Shown: positions 49,454 to 62,963, counted from the stretch's first letter. The stretch: 64,000 nucleotides of DNA from Octopus bimaculoides (GCF_001194135.2 NC_068997.1:30346528-30410527), one strand, 5' to 3'. Translations and numbers: made by a program. The notes: generated from the sequence alone by a model not told the origin.

Positions 49454-51292
49454 AATTCTTTAAGCATTCAGGCTTTTACACAGAGGGGACAGAAAAGGAC
49501 AGACAGAATATCACAGTGGGGGCAAAAAACACAAAATGAATGAAAATGAGAAAAGTGTTATATAATAATGAAGATGAAATGGCTGCATGAGCCCCACTCT
49601 TTTGCAGTACCATTTGAACGTTCTTACAAACAGTTTATAATCTTTTCTTCTTTCCTTTTGTTTTTTCTATTAACATGGTTTTTTTTTTTTCAAGAAATTT
49701 TACTTACTCTTTTTTTTTAAAGTTCATGTATGGTTCTAAATCTCTATATTCCATCACCGGCGGCAGTTTGTCAAACTCTACCTCAACTCCCAGTGGATCA
49801 ATATCCCTTTCAAACATTTCCTTTAACCTGTTATACCTCTCTTTATCTATAACAACAATTGCTTTCACATTTTCCATGTAAATTTCCATAGGCAACATAA
49901 TCCGTATTATGGATTTAAACTTCATTATCTTTTTTCCTATTGCAGTGCTCTTGGCGAATGTCACAAAATTCCATTTATGCTTCTTCAGCTTTCTTGCTTG
50001 TTTGTTTTTCCTTGCTCCAGTCTTGGCGCCTTCACTCTGTCTTTATCCTCCTCCGTTTTAGTTAGTGTCACTGCTTCACTTTTGTGCTGTTATCTCTCTA
50101 CACCAACCGAATCTTCCTCCTCTGCTGGTGTAGCTAGTACCCTTGCTACTGTTACCTCTTTCTCAAGATCCTCCTCAAGCTCCCTCTCAACCTTCCTCTC
50201 AACCTCTCCATCCTCATCCCTCTTCTTTTTGTGCCTCTCCAGTGGAGAGCTTACTCCTTCCTTTCCCTTTCACTTTTCAACCACGTCGAATGCTTTCTTC
50301 ACCACTACCGTCTCCCTCACACCATCCTGCACCACTTCATCCACCCTCTCCTGCTCCTCAGATTGCTCCATCCATCCCTCTTCCCCTCTCCAGGGGCACC
50401 TCACCCTCATATGGCCCTCCTCCTCGCATTGATAACAAACATGAGGCTCACATTCCACTACCACTCCCAGCGCCTTTTCTCCTGGCAAAACCTCCTCCGC
50501 CGCAACTTTGTTCAAGTCTCTCAAACCCGCTTGTATGGCCGCCTCCACGCCACAACCCCAACAATTTGACCATTTGGCTCTCATCACCTTAAGCATCTTT
50601 GTGTCCTCCTCCATGTCAAACATTACCGCTTCCACCAACCACGCTTCATCCATTTCCGGGGGCACCCTTCCCACTCTCACCCCGGCAATACGCTTGCTAC
50701 AGCATGTCGGCAAAAGTACCCATTCTTCCGTCGTCACAGCTACAGTGGAGTGCTCTATTGCATCATCTTCAGTCGTGAATTGCACCTCCACTGTGCCACA
50801 CCCCACTCCTGCGACAAAAGTGATGAACCTCCCAACCTCCGCCAAGCACTCCTCAACAGCTTTGACAGTTGCAACTCTGACTCCTCTCGATGACACCCTC
50901 AATACTCCAGACATCACAGTTCCCCTCATCACACTACCCGCCAAATCCTCCAGTGGCGTCAACTTCAAAGTACTCCACAATCCTTCAGCCTCCTCGGCCC
51001 CACACCCCCTCAGGAACCTCCAAAGCACCAGAGTCCACTCCTATTTCAGCTGCTGCTGCACAACGGTACACCCAGCTGGCATTTGTTCCATCCTTCCTCC
51101 CCCTCAAGCTTTCAGACACAAATCAACAAACTCATACATAAAAACAGCAATTTCAACAACCAACAATCGTAGGCATAACCATGAGGGAAGACTCCCAACA
51201 AATACACTATAAGAATTATAACACCACCTACCTCCACGGAATCACAAGGATCTCAAAACAGAATCCCAAGTATTAACACACCATATTGTACA
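49454..51292 (-). mobile_element. ORF1-only Tx1-derived element, gap-free
   Basis: ORF1 at 51028-50270 (TVEVQFTTE...LLPT; CYQCEEEGHMRVRC), Glu/Lys-rich extension, then 3'UTR ending CTGTCCCCTCTGTGTAAAAGCC; no APE or RT motifs. Confidence 0.8.
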
Positions 51293-51339
51293 TCACATAC
51301 CATACTGTACCTTGCACTGTCAGTATGAAGTGCCTTTAT

Positions 51340-54200
51340 AAGGTTTAGGACAGTTCACTTGCTATCTCACAGGGTTGTCAGAACTTCACCACAACAGTTT
51401 ATAATATTGTGGCTTCCCTTCTTGCCATATAGAGCAGTTCCTACAAATTTGTTTCACATTTTCCAATGAATATGGAAGATTTCTACTATGGGTGAAATGA
51501 TGAAGGCACACTACACCAGAATGGCACAGTGCTGCATGTAACTCATAATGTGAATGTGAACTGATTGCTGAACAGCGGACCCTAGTGAATGCATCTGGAT
51601 CCTGGGCGATAGTGAATATCATAGGAGTATGGAGATAATGCAATGTGCCATCTCGTAGTTTTATCATTTTAAATTTTGCTCGTCAGTTTATAATTATACA
51701 CGAATGCAACAGAACGTTGATCAGTAATTAATGTGAAATGTCTACCGAGAAGAAAGTAAGTGTCTCCAATGATGAATTGCTTGGGCTTCCTTTTCAACAG
51801 AAGAGTGGTACTGTTTGCTACCTTGTAGTGTGCGAGAATGGAATGCAACTGGTCCACCTCAACATCCACCTAAACAGTGAATGGGATATTCTCCTCTACT
51901 ATTTGAATGGTAGCATTAGCTAGTTCTATCTTCACGGACTCGAATACCTTTACTTGCTGACTGTTTAGAGGAAATTTTGATACGTTATTGATAGGATATA
52001 TTTCGTCAGAAAATTTGGTGATCAACTTAGCATAATAAGAAAACATACCGATTATTCATTTTAATGATTTCTGGTCAGTTGGTGTAGGAAGATTGAGGAG
52101 TAGAGCAAGTCTTTCTGAGGGTATTGTGTGAGATATAATATCCAAGAAAATCTAGAGTTGTTGTTCAGTAAACACATTTCTCTTCATTCATTGTGAACCC
52201 CTCAATTTTATTTGTCATTTCAAACTTTTCTAGATTATTATCATGGTCATTTTGATCTTTCCCACATATGGTTAAATTGTCTATGAATGAGAACATATCT
52301 CACAACTTATATTTTCTCCCAAAGTCATCCATTATACGTTGGAAATATGCACTGCCATTAGTTACTGCAAATGGCATCCTGTTATACTGCCATAATTTAC
52401 TGTCAGCTTCAAAGGCAGTGACTTGTTGATCTTTCTCTGATAGAGGAATCTGGTGTCATGCTGAACGTAAGTCTATAGAACTGTAGACCATATATTGAGC
52501 AATAGTCTTTACTAACTCATTGATTTTAGAAAGAGGGTTAGCATCAAGTTGTGTATATTTGTTAACTGTCTCTGAATAGTCAATCGCCATTCTTCACATT
52601 GTTCTTTCTTGAACAACTAGCACTTGTGACCTCCAAGGAGAATTATTGGTTTCAATAATGTTCACATCTGCTAGGCGGCGTATTTCCATCTTGATAAACT
52701 CATGATCATGTTTCGAGTATTTTTACAATTTGGCTGTATTAGGTTTACAGTCAGTCCTCCCTGAGATGTGCGAAGAGATTTGGGAGATCAGTTTCCATAG
52801 CTGTTAGTGCAATAAACATTAATGGTGGTTTTTGTCCTCCATATTGTATGGTAATACTTTCATGCTGTTCTTCAAAGTCAGTACCCAGAATTAGGTCAGT
52901 GCACAAGATTCTGAGGATGTACAGTTTCACATCTGATTATCTAGGGTAAATGAAGCAGTGAAATATTTTTTGGATTCCACTGAAAGAAATGCAGAAGTCA
53001 TATCAATGATGTTCTTCGATTTGACTGTTTTGATGTTGAGTATGTTCATTAGCTTCTCACTGATGAAACTCTTGTCTGTGCTACCACTTTCAATTAATGC
53101 TTCGATTCTGCAAGTATTGCTCAGTAAACCTACTGATGCTGATACTGTCGAACGTAGATCATATTTGTCATCTTTATGTGTCACAGTTGCTGTGTTGCTC
53201 TTACAAAGTTTTCCAAAATGGCCTATATTTTTTGTATTTGTGACAGACTGCTTCACCCACAGGACAACAACTCCATGGGTGTGTGAAATAGCCACAAAAC
53301 CAGTATCGAGATGGTTTTCCTCTTTGGATTGCAGAAGAGTGTTCTTTCAGCTTTGGGAATCAATTGGCTTGGCTATGGTGGGTACCGTTGGACTGAAATT
53401 GGTACACTCAGAGTTTGGAAAGACATTGGAACTCTGTTGCACCACATCTAGCAAACATGCTTGATCATAAGTTGTACTGAGGTTGACACTTTTGTTTTTT
53501 AATAGTTTTGTCTTATCTGACTCGAAATGAATTGATTTATAAAGGCATCTCGAATCATTTCAGACCAATACTGCTCAGCACTCACTGCAACAAAGCCACA
53601 GTCTTTTGCTAGTATTTTGAGTTCTGGTCTAGAGAATCTCCAGATTTCTGTTTCCTTGTGGCCAAAAGATGGCATCCCATTATGATGTTCTTTGGTTTAC
53701 TGTACACACTCTTTAGTGTATTTACAGCTTGTTTATAATTCTTAACTTCACTAATGAATTCGTATACATTTGGTTCCAAATAATTAAACAAAGGATAGAG
53801 TTTATCGATAATCCTACCTTCTTGCCCAAGTAGTGAGTCTATAAAGTTGGTGAAAGTTCTAAAACCAATGATCCAAGGTCTTGTCAGCATTTGTGGGGAT
53901 TGGGTCAACATTCAATCTGTCTGGTTTCAAGTATTTTTCCATATCTGGTATCCTTCCCCAATTCGTACTTGTCTTTCCATTAATTTCTTTCTCTATAGAA
54001 TATTCAACAACTTCTTCAAGATTTCAAAATTAGTTTCTTTGATTGTTATGCATGACCAGTAATTCCAGGTTCAAAGAAACTATTTTCCAGTCATAATCCA
54101 AAACAATAAAGCATCACATAATGTTATTCGTGATATTCTCGAATCAGGAATAACATTATTATAATCGATTCATGATTATGTTATTCTAAATGGCAACTCA

Positions 54201-54232
<32 letters not shown>

Positions 54233-54299
54233 ATCATCAAATGCGCATTCCCTTTATATGAACGAAAATCACTCAAGTCAGAGCACAATTTGCATAACA
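51340..54299 (-). mobile_element. Gypsy LTR retrotransposon, decayed, 3' part lost or interrupted
   Basis: In minus-strand order: LTR, gag, protease (ALIESGSTDKSFIS), RT (RMAIDYS.TVNKYTQLDA.PL), RNase H (GRHFTLITDQRSV) and integrase HHCC (H..LCHSG...C..C). Confidence 0.9.
54044..54299 (-). repeat. 5' LTR of the Gypsy element (256 bp)
   Basis: 9-bp terminal inverted repeat TGTTATGCA...TGCATAACA, with an internal (CT)n. Confidence 0.75.
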
Positions 54300-55316
54300 T
54301 TAATTTACATAACATTTCGATACATTTGTTTTTTGTGACACAAGTCTATAGAAACTAAATTCCTTCAATGATTATATTTTAAATATGTGGTTTATAAAAA
54401 GAAGGTACATGGTAATATAGAAAACTAATGTCAACAAAATAGACATGTATGCATCTATCTATATATATTCACACTTTTATATATATATACATACACACAC
54501 ACATGTATGAATACATACAACCTCATGTATACATATAAATTCATACAAAACATGTGTGTGTGTATGCATGTGCGTGTGCATATAACAAAACAGCAAGTTG
54601 CAAAATATTACCATTACACATGTTTCATTTGCTAATAGGAATCAGAAAGCTGTACATGTTGGATAAACATGTAGGAAATTTAGTATCAGAAATTCTTCAA
54701 AGAACCAAATAATACAAAATTTACATTTAGATGAAGTAGTTTTATATATAGTTAGTAATCAGGAGCAGTAAATATAGTTGGGGGAAGGATAAACAGGAAA
54801 TCAAGTAGTAAGAAAAGAGAAGAGAAGGTTAGATATAAACATACATCCACACACATACACATATATGTAACCAGCATCCCTGTTGGTAGCATGTAAAAAG
54901 CACTTTTCAAGCATGGAGGTTCATGGTGGCAAGGTAGCTGATGCTGGTGGCATGTGAAAGCACCTTTCAAGAGTTGCACCTCATGGAAGCGTGTACACGT
55001 GTACTGTACGTATGTATGTGTGGTGTGTACACATGTACTGTACGTATATATGTACATAAGTATGTATGTACATACATATAAAATTTACTGAAAGTAATTA
55101 AATAGTAATTTTTCATTGCTTCATAAATGCACCTTCTCTTAACAAAATTTCACTTCATCTTATAGTCCTAGTTTTCCATGAATGATGTTTGAGCTTCATT
55201 CATGTTGCATGTCTTGCTAGCATTCTTACCACATGCATGCCATATGTATACTTACGCATATACACTGAAGAATATATGATGCAATGATAATTGTAAAGAT
55301 AACATGTTTGCACTAG

Positions 55317-55720
55317 TATCATCGTCATCATCATCATTTAACGCCCATTGTCCATGCTGGCATGGGTTGAATGGTTTGACCAAGGCTGGTTAGCTGGAAG
55401 GCTGCACCAGGATTCAGTCTGATTTGGCATGGTTTTATATGGCTAGATGCCTTTCCTAATGCGAACTACTCTGAGAGTGTAATGACTACTCTTATGTGCC
55501 TCTGGCACGGGCACCATTTGCATGACACCAATATCTGCCACAACAGGTACTCAGCCACTTTGCCTCTAGGAGGCTCAATGCTCGAAAGGATATATCATTA
55601 TCATCATTATCGTCATTGTAGTCATTTAATGTCCGACTTCCAAGCTAGCATGGGTTGGACAGTTTCACAAGGCTGGCCAGGCAGAAGCCTGCACCAAACT
55701 TCTGCGACTGTTTTGGTAGG
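55317..55720 (-). mobile_element. Two RTE-tail SINE/LINE 3' ends
   Basis: (CAT)n with TTTAACGCCCATTGTCCATGC, and TTTAATGTCCGACTTCCAAGC tails. Confidence 0.7.
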
Positions 55721-55786
55721 ATTTATACAGCTGAATGTCTTTTCTAACATTTATATTATATGTGCGTATGTATGTACACATGTGTA

Positions 55787-55820
<34 letters not shown>

Positions 55821-56121
55821 CATACATACATACACTGTTGTAGAGGTCAGTTGCCGAGTAGACATGAATGTACAATCAAAAGACTAGGAGAAAGAGAACA
55901 ATTATGGTGAATTAATGTGGAAATTACAGCTCTTGTACTTATCATCATATAATGTACCAACAAATTTTCACAAAAATCTAGAAACATTTGGTTTCGCAGA
56001 AAAAAAGCAAAAGAAACTGACGTAGATTCTCCAAATCTAATCTATTAGTGGCACAGTGAAATATTGTAAGACATTCCAGAAATTCTCCATGTGAAATTCT
56101 CACGTGAATAGATGTACATAC

Positions 56122-56249
56122 CTGGATGTATGCATTGACAGTTCAACCAACACAGCAACTCAAACACATTCACAAACACCGAGAACTCTCTTAACTCAAA
56201 AAGTCTTGTTGCTTTATTAGCAACAGGCTTGAACTCTCTCAAGAGGAAC
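56122..56249 (-). CDS. Candidate upstream exon of gene 2 (identity unconfirmed)
   Basis: Minus strand tttaatttAG...CAG|GTATGT; 128 nt, open in only one frame (FLLREFKPVANKATRLFELREFSVFVNVFELLCWLNCQCIHP). No diagnostic motif. Confidence 0.4.
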
Positions 56250-56835
56250 CTAAATTAAACTCAAAGAAAAATCATGCATAAAAATATATATGAGAACAGC
56301 TACATATGGGATTGAAATACAAGAATACACAAATGTGCATCAAGAGGACAGAGCTTGGATTTTACCGGACCTACATAATATGCATATATATATTTATATA
56401 TAACATTTAAAATGAAGCTGTTTCTGGGATATTATGGATATCCCTTCATCAAGGAAGATTTCCTTTCATCATATATATATATATATATATATATGTATAA
56501 CAGTAATCCTTCAATGGAATTTATAAAGATTTAATGCATTGCTACATGTGTTTCCACAAATCACATGATTTTTAAGATCACAGTCCATATTCCTGGGATG
56601 ATTACAGTATAATCCGTAGTGTCTGTGGGCATCTGGTTGATCATCGTCATTGATTCATTTCTTCAGGCAATAGAACATTAGTGGATGACCCACAAAGGGT
56701 TATTTTTCTCTTTTTACCTGTCTGAAGTTCAAGTGAGATATGTAAGCATTTCTGTGTGTATTTGGCTGGAAGGGGAATAGAGCAAGAAAGGGTGGTTAGA
56801 TATGGGGATAGAAGTGTGTGTGGTGGTGTTATACT

Positions 56836-59211
56836 TGTAGTGACGTCATTTGGCGCCAAAATACAGTCGCCATTACTGCGCTTTCATCCACGCATGCGCA
56901 GGGAATAGTTCCGGAAGGAACACGGGAAGAGTCTCATGCGCATGCGTGGAATTCAACATCTTAACGTTCCCGCTCAATTCATTCTCTTTCTCGGTCGGCC
57001 GGCCATGAGCATGGACGGGTCAAGCTGTCTCTCCAGCATTCCAACTCTGGGGACAGCTCATTCCAACATTCCAACGTCTCAGCAACCAAGATTAAGGCTG
57101 CCTATTTCCTCCATAAATAAATATTGTTGTGTTGATAGTTCAGAGTTCTGCGTTCCGTTATTATTTAGAATTTAATATAGGAAAGCGGGTGCACACCTAA
57201 TGGTGTATAACCACTTTCCTATAATTGGTGACCCCGAAGAAAGAACAATCGCAGCCGAGGATTCTGATCTAACGACCGACAATACTACACTAGCCGCCGC
57301 TGACATAAGTAAATACGGCACTTTCCTATAACTGGTGACCCGACTAAAGAACAACCACAGCCACGAAAATCTGAACTGCGACCAATAATACTACAATTGG
57401 TACCCCGAGCTAAAAAGATCTACGGACCTCATTTCAACAGCCATTGAATTCGTATGTTTCGCGACGTTCAACATCAGGATTGCCTCTACATTCTCAACAA
57501 ACACAAGTGAAAAGCTAAGAAAATTTTTTTTTCTACGTTAAAGTTTTTCCTTTTATCAATGACTTCCAAAGCCTATAACCGAAAACTTCTTTGCGGCTGA
57601 GACCTTTGTGGTTTTTCACACAAAAAAACTTCACGGTTATTTCATTCTAACAACTTTCTGAGCAATTTCCTACATGTTTTCACGCGACGTCAATTCATTC
57701 TTACACAGCGTCCTCTACTTGCTGAAAATAGCAGTAAAAATGCACAGTTACATTTCAGTGAGTACATAACATTTATTGATGCTTACTTGTTCCCAGTTCA
57801 GCATATTTCACACCTCTCCGTTTCTCTCGGCCGGAGAATGGAAGAGTTACTGGCTTATCTTTATTTGCATCGAGATTTTTTGGTCATTTTCGCTCGCAGC
57901 TCCGAATTCTTCAAGGTCGACGCTAATGGTCGTACAGAGATTATGTCTGTCGACCGTCTGAAAAAGCGTACCTTTTCAAACACCACACACCACTGTCAAC
58001 ATCATTACCACCACACATACAGAACTCAGCCNNNNNNNNNNNNNNNNNNNNNNNNNNNNNNNNNNNNNNNNNNNNNNNNNNNNNNNNNNNNNNNNNNNNN
58101 NNNNNNNNNNNNNNNNNNNNNNNNNNNNNNNNNNNNNNNNNNNNNNNNNNNNNNNNNNNNNNNNNNNNNNNNNNNNNNNNNNNNNNNNNNNNNNNNNNNN
58201 NNNNNNNNNNNNNNNNNNNNNNNNNNNNNNNNNNNNNNNNNNNNNNNNNNNNNNNNNNNNNNNNNNNNNNNNNNNNNNNNNNNNNNNNNNNNNNNNNNNN
58301 NNNNNNNNNNNNNNNNNNNNNNNNNNNNNNNNNNNNNNNNNNNNNNNNNNNNNNNNNNNNNNNNNNNNNNNNNNNNNNNNNNNNNNNNNNNNNNNNNNNN
58401 NNNNNNNNNNNNNNNNNNNNNNNNNNNNNNNNNNNNNNNNNNNNNNNNNNNNNNNNNNNNNNNNNNNNNNNNNNNNNNNNNNNNNNNNNNNNNNNNNNNN
58501 NNNNNNNNNNNNNNNNNNNNNNNNNNNNNNNNNNNNNNNNNNNNNNNNNNNNNNNNNNNNNNNNNNNNNNNNNNNNNNNNNNNNNNNNNNNNNNNNNNNN
58601 NNNNNNNNNNNNNNNNNNNNNNNNNNNNNNNNNNNNNNNNNNNNNNNNNNNNNNNNNNNNNNNNNNNNNNNNNNNNNNNNNNNNNNNNNNNNNNNNNNNN
58701 NNNNNNNNNNNNNNNNNNNNNNNNNNNNNNNNNNNNNNNNGTGTTTGTGCCACATCTTGTGGTTGGTTTCAGTGGCCATCTTGCCTCAGACGTCCCTCCA
58801 AAATTTTTATTTTCGTGCTTCCACACTCAAGGGGGAGCCATTGTAGTGACGTCATTTGGCGCCAAAATACAGTCGCCATTACTGCGCTTTCATCCACGCA
58901 TGCGCAGGGAATAGTTCCGGAAGGAACACGGGAAGAGTCTCATGCGCATGCGTAGAATTCAACATCTAAACGTTCCCGCTCAATTCATTCTCTTTCTCGG
59001 TTGGCCGGCCATGAGCATGGACAGGTCAAGCTGTCTCTCCAGCATTCCAACTCTGGGGACAGCTCATTCCAACGTCTCAGCAACCAAGCCTATTTCCTCC
59101 ATAAATAAATATTGTTGTGTTGATAGTTCAGAGTTCTGCGTTCCGTTATTATTTAGAATTTAATATAGGAAAGCGGGTGCACACCTAATGGTGTATAATC
59201 TCTTTCCTATA
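56836..59211 (+). mobile_element. Internally deleted Gypsy-type LTR element with both LTRs
   Basis: Near-identical direct repeats 56836-57223 and 58842-59211, PBS TGGTGACCCCGA at 57226, PPT AAGGGGGAG before the 3' LTR, and only an integrase C-terminal remnant (FFKVDANGRTEIMSVDRLK); 710 N inside. Confidence 0.9.
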
Positions 59212-59291
59212 GACTTATTTTGCTATTCATTCAGCAGATGCTAAGGATGGATAGTGCATTCTCTTGTTTGATTTCATTTAAGGCATAACTA

Positions 59292-62200
59292 TCTATACTA
59301 TAAAAGGCAAATCTACTCTGTGTGTGTGTGTGTGTTTAAAATTAATACATTTACACAATTCAAAATTTCTTCGATTAAACAATCGCAATTAATATTCTAA
59401 ATACAATAAGTTAGGTCACTGCATCATTTTTTCACTCCAAAAATTTCCTAATAATGAATAAAATCCGTAAAACTACGGAGGTAAACATTTTCTCCCTAAT
59501 AAAATCTAATTTCCTCTTTCTAATACAAATCCTTTCAACTCCTACTTTCTCTTATGAAGCTTTACGAAAACTCCAACAACAAATACAAAAAGAAAGGAAG
59601 GAGAAAAAGAAAACTATCAAAACTGAAACAATCACATTTCGATACTGTGATGACAGATACTAAAACTACATACAGAATTACTTTGCCCCTCTNNNNNNNN
59701 NNNNNNNNNNNNNNNNNNNNNNNNNNNNNNNNNNNNNNNNNNNNNNNNNNNNNNNNNNNNNNNNNNNNNNNNNNNNNNNNNNNNNNNNNNNNNNNNNNNN
59801 NNNNNNNNNNNNNNNNNNNNNNNNNNNNNNNNNNNNNNNNNNNNNNNNNNNNNNNNNNNNNNNNNNNNNNNNNNNNNNNNNNNNNNNNNNNNNNNNNNNN
59901 NNNNNNNNNNNNNNNNNNNNNNNNNNNNNNNNNNNNNNNNNNNNNNNNNNNNNNNNNNNNNNNNNNNNNNNNNNNNNNNNNNNNNNNNNNNNNNNNNNNN
60001 NNNNNNNNNNNNNNNNNNNNNNNNNNNNNNNNNNNNNNNNNNNNNNNNNNNNNNNNNNNNNNNNNNNNNNNNNNNNNNNNNNNNNNNNNNNNNNNNNNNN
60101 NNNNNNNNNNNNNNNNNNNNNNNNNNNNNNNNNNNNNNNNNNNNNNNNNNNNNNNNNNNNNNNNNNNNNNNNNNNNNNNNNNNNNNNNNNNNNNNNNNNN
60201 NAAATACCTGTCAGTTAGAAGAAGCTGCGATCAGATTTCTACATCCATTTGCGTGATGGCATCAATAATGACGCTGACCCAAGAAACATCGGCAAAATGT
60301 GCATTCTCCCCTCAACATATACAGGGAGGCCACAATACATGCACGAGCGAACACAAGACGCTATGACTTTCGTTCGGCACTATGGACGCCCTGATTTATT
60401 CATCACGTTTACATGTAACCCCAAGTGGGTTGAGGTAACACGGGAACTTCTCCCACACCAGCAGTACTGCCATCGGCATGATCTTATTGCCAGGATTTTC
60501 AAGCAGAAGCTGACTAGGCTAATTGATTTCATCAAAAAAGGGCAGGTGTTTGGCCCTGTTAAGTGTCACGTGTATACTGTTGAGTGGTAGAAGAGAGGGT
60601 TGCCACACGCACACATTTTGGTTTGGTTGGTCACCAAAATAGACCCTACACTTATAGATGAAATCATCAAAGCAGAAATCCCAAACCCCACTGTTGACCG
60701 ACAGCTGTACGACATTGTCAAGGCACACATGGTGCATGGTCCGTTCGGTCCCGGTTTTCAAAAATTCTCCTCATCCCACAAATACCATGTGTGTACTAAA
60801 CGATACCCAAAGAGTTTCGTGGACGAGACCCAGACCGCTGGTGATGGATATCCACTGTACAGACGAAGGCGGCCTGAGAATGAGGGATTCACTATAACCT
60901 TATGGGGTCATCAAGTTGATAATAGATGGGTGGTCCCATACTGTCCATTACTGATGACAATTTTCAACGCTCATATAAATGTGGAGTTCTGTCATTCAGT
61001 ACTTATGTTAACAAGGGTTCGTACGCTGCCATGTTCGGCCTTCAAAAGTACAATAGCATGGACAAGGTGTCGCAGTACTTGGCAGGTCGATATATCAGCA
61101 GTGGTGAAGCTTTTTGGCGGATATTCGGGTTTCCGCTTCACCAAAGGAACCCCGCCATCATACAACTCGCGGTTCATTTGGAAAACGGCCAGCGGACTTA
61201 TTTTGCTGAATAGACTGCTGCTCAATTGGCGGCCAATCGAAAAGAAACGAGTTTGACTGGTTTTTTTAGGCTTTGCCAAATTGACACATTTGCCAAAACG
61301 CTTCTATACCCTCAGGTTCCGTCCTACTATGTGTGGTCAAAGAACACTTGGGTGCGTAGGAAGTCAGGTCAGGATGTTCAAGGACATCTCGGTGTCAAGT
61401 TTAACAGTTGTCTAGGAAGAGTGTACACTGTGCCTCCCCACCAGCATGAGTGTTTTCNNNNNNNNNNNNNNNNNNNNNNNNNNNNNNNNNNNNNNNNNNN
61501 NNNNNNNNNNNNNNNNNNNNNNNNNNNNNNNNNNNNNNNNNNNNNNNNNNNNNNNNNNNNNNNNNNNNNNNNNNNNNNNNNNNNNNNNNNNNNNNNNNNN
61601 NNNNNNNNNNNNNNNNNNNNNNNNNNNNNNNNNNNNNNNNNNNNNNNNNNNNNNNNNNNNNNNNNNNNNNNNNNNNNNNNNNNNNNNNNNNNNNNNNNNN
61701 NNNNNNNNNNNNNNNNNNNNNNNNNNNNNNNNNNNNNNNNNNNNNNNNNNNNNNNNNNNNNNNNNNNNNNNNNNNNNNNNNNNNNNNNNNNNNNNNNNNN
61801 NNNNNNNNNNNNNNNNNNNNNNNNNNNNNNNNNNNNNNNNNNNNNNNNNNNNNNNNNNNNNNNNNNNNNNNNNNNNNNNNNNNNNNNNNNNNNNNNNNNN
61901 NNNNNNNNNNNNNNNNNNNNNNNNNNNNNNNNNNNNNNNNNNNNNNNNNNNNNNNNNNNNNNNNNNNNNNNNNNNNNNNNNNNNNNNNNNNNNNNNNNNN
62001 NNNNNNNNNNNNNNNNNNNNNNNNNNNNNNNNNNNNNNNNNNNNNNNNNNNNNNNNNNNNNNNNNNNNNNNNNNNNNNNNNNNNNNNNNNNNNNNNNNNN
62101 NNNNNNNNNNNNNNNNNNNNNNNNNNNNNNNNNNNNNNNNNNNNNNNNNNNNNNNNNNNNNNNNNNNNNNNNNNNNNNNNNNNNNNNNNNNNNNNNNNNN

Positions 62201-62963
62201 NNNNNNNNNNNNNNNNNNNNNNNNNNNNNNNNNNNNNNNNNNNNNNNNNNNNNNNNNNNNNNNNNNNNNNNNNNNNNNNNNNNNNNNNNNNNNNNNNNNN
62301 NNNNNNNNNNNNNNNNNNNNNNNNNNNNNNNNNNNNNNNNNNNNNNNNNNNNNNNNNNNNNNNNNNNNNNNNNTTTCAACCTTCCGCTTGACTTAGCGAA
62401 GACGGACACACCAATTTGCAACATCAGTAACAGCTCAGATCAGGCAGAAGTGTTCAGACGATGCAAGCTTATCGTTTGGGATGAATGTACAATGGCCCAC
62501 AGAGGTGCTCCTGAGGCGCTACATAAATCTTTGAGAGACATCAAAGACTCTACAGTTCCCATGGGAGGCATAACACTTCTTCTTTCAGGGGACTTCAGGC
62601 AAACACTGCCAGTTATTCCCAAGGGGAATAGAGCTGATACAGTACGTGCGTGTCTTAAGTCANNNNNNNNNNAGGGGAATAGAGCTGATACAGTACGTGC
62701 GTGTCTTAAGTCATCTGCATTGCTAAGACATTGTTACAATTGTGAGAACAATAAAACAGCTTTTTCAGGGCCACCTCACATTCTATTGTTACCCACTTCT
62801 CAGACTGCTGCAATGCTCTAGGCAAGGATTTCTGTCCAGTTGCAAATTGATTGGTTGGTTTTCAACTTATAGCAATCTTTCCCTCAATAATCATAATTGA
62901 GTAGAATCATCAACAGTACTTTAAAACAATTAAGCCCCGAGCAACGCTGTGCACTTCTGCTAG
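59292..62963 (+). mobile_element. Helitron with Rep/Helicase remnants
   Basis: A|TCTATACTATAAAAG start. Rep motifs GRPDLFITFTCNPKW and VEW*KRGLPHAHIL; helicase motifs IVWDECTM and GDFRQTLPV; 3' CCCCGAGCAACGCTG...CTAG|T. Confidence 0.93.

Noticed and set aside
62621-62712. Duplicated GNRADTVRACLKS in the Helitron helicase
   Set aside because: An exact repeat flanking a 10-N gap; assembly artefact.
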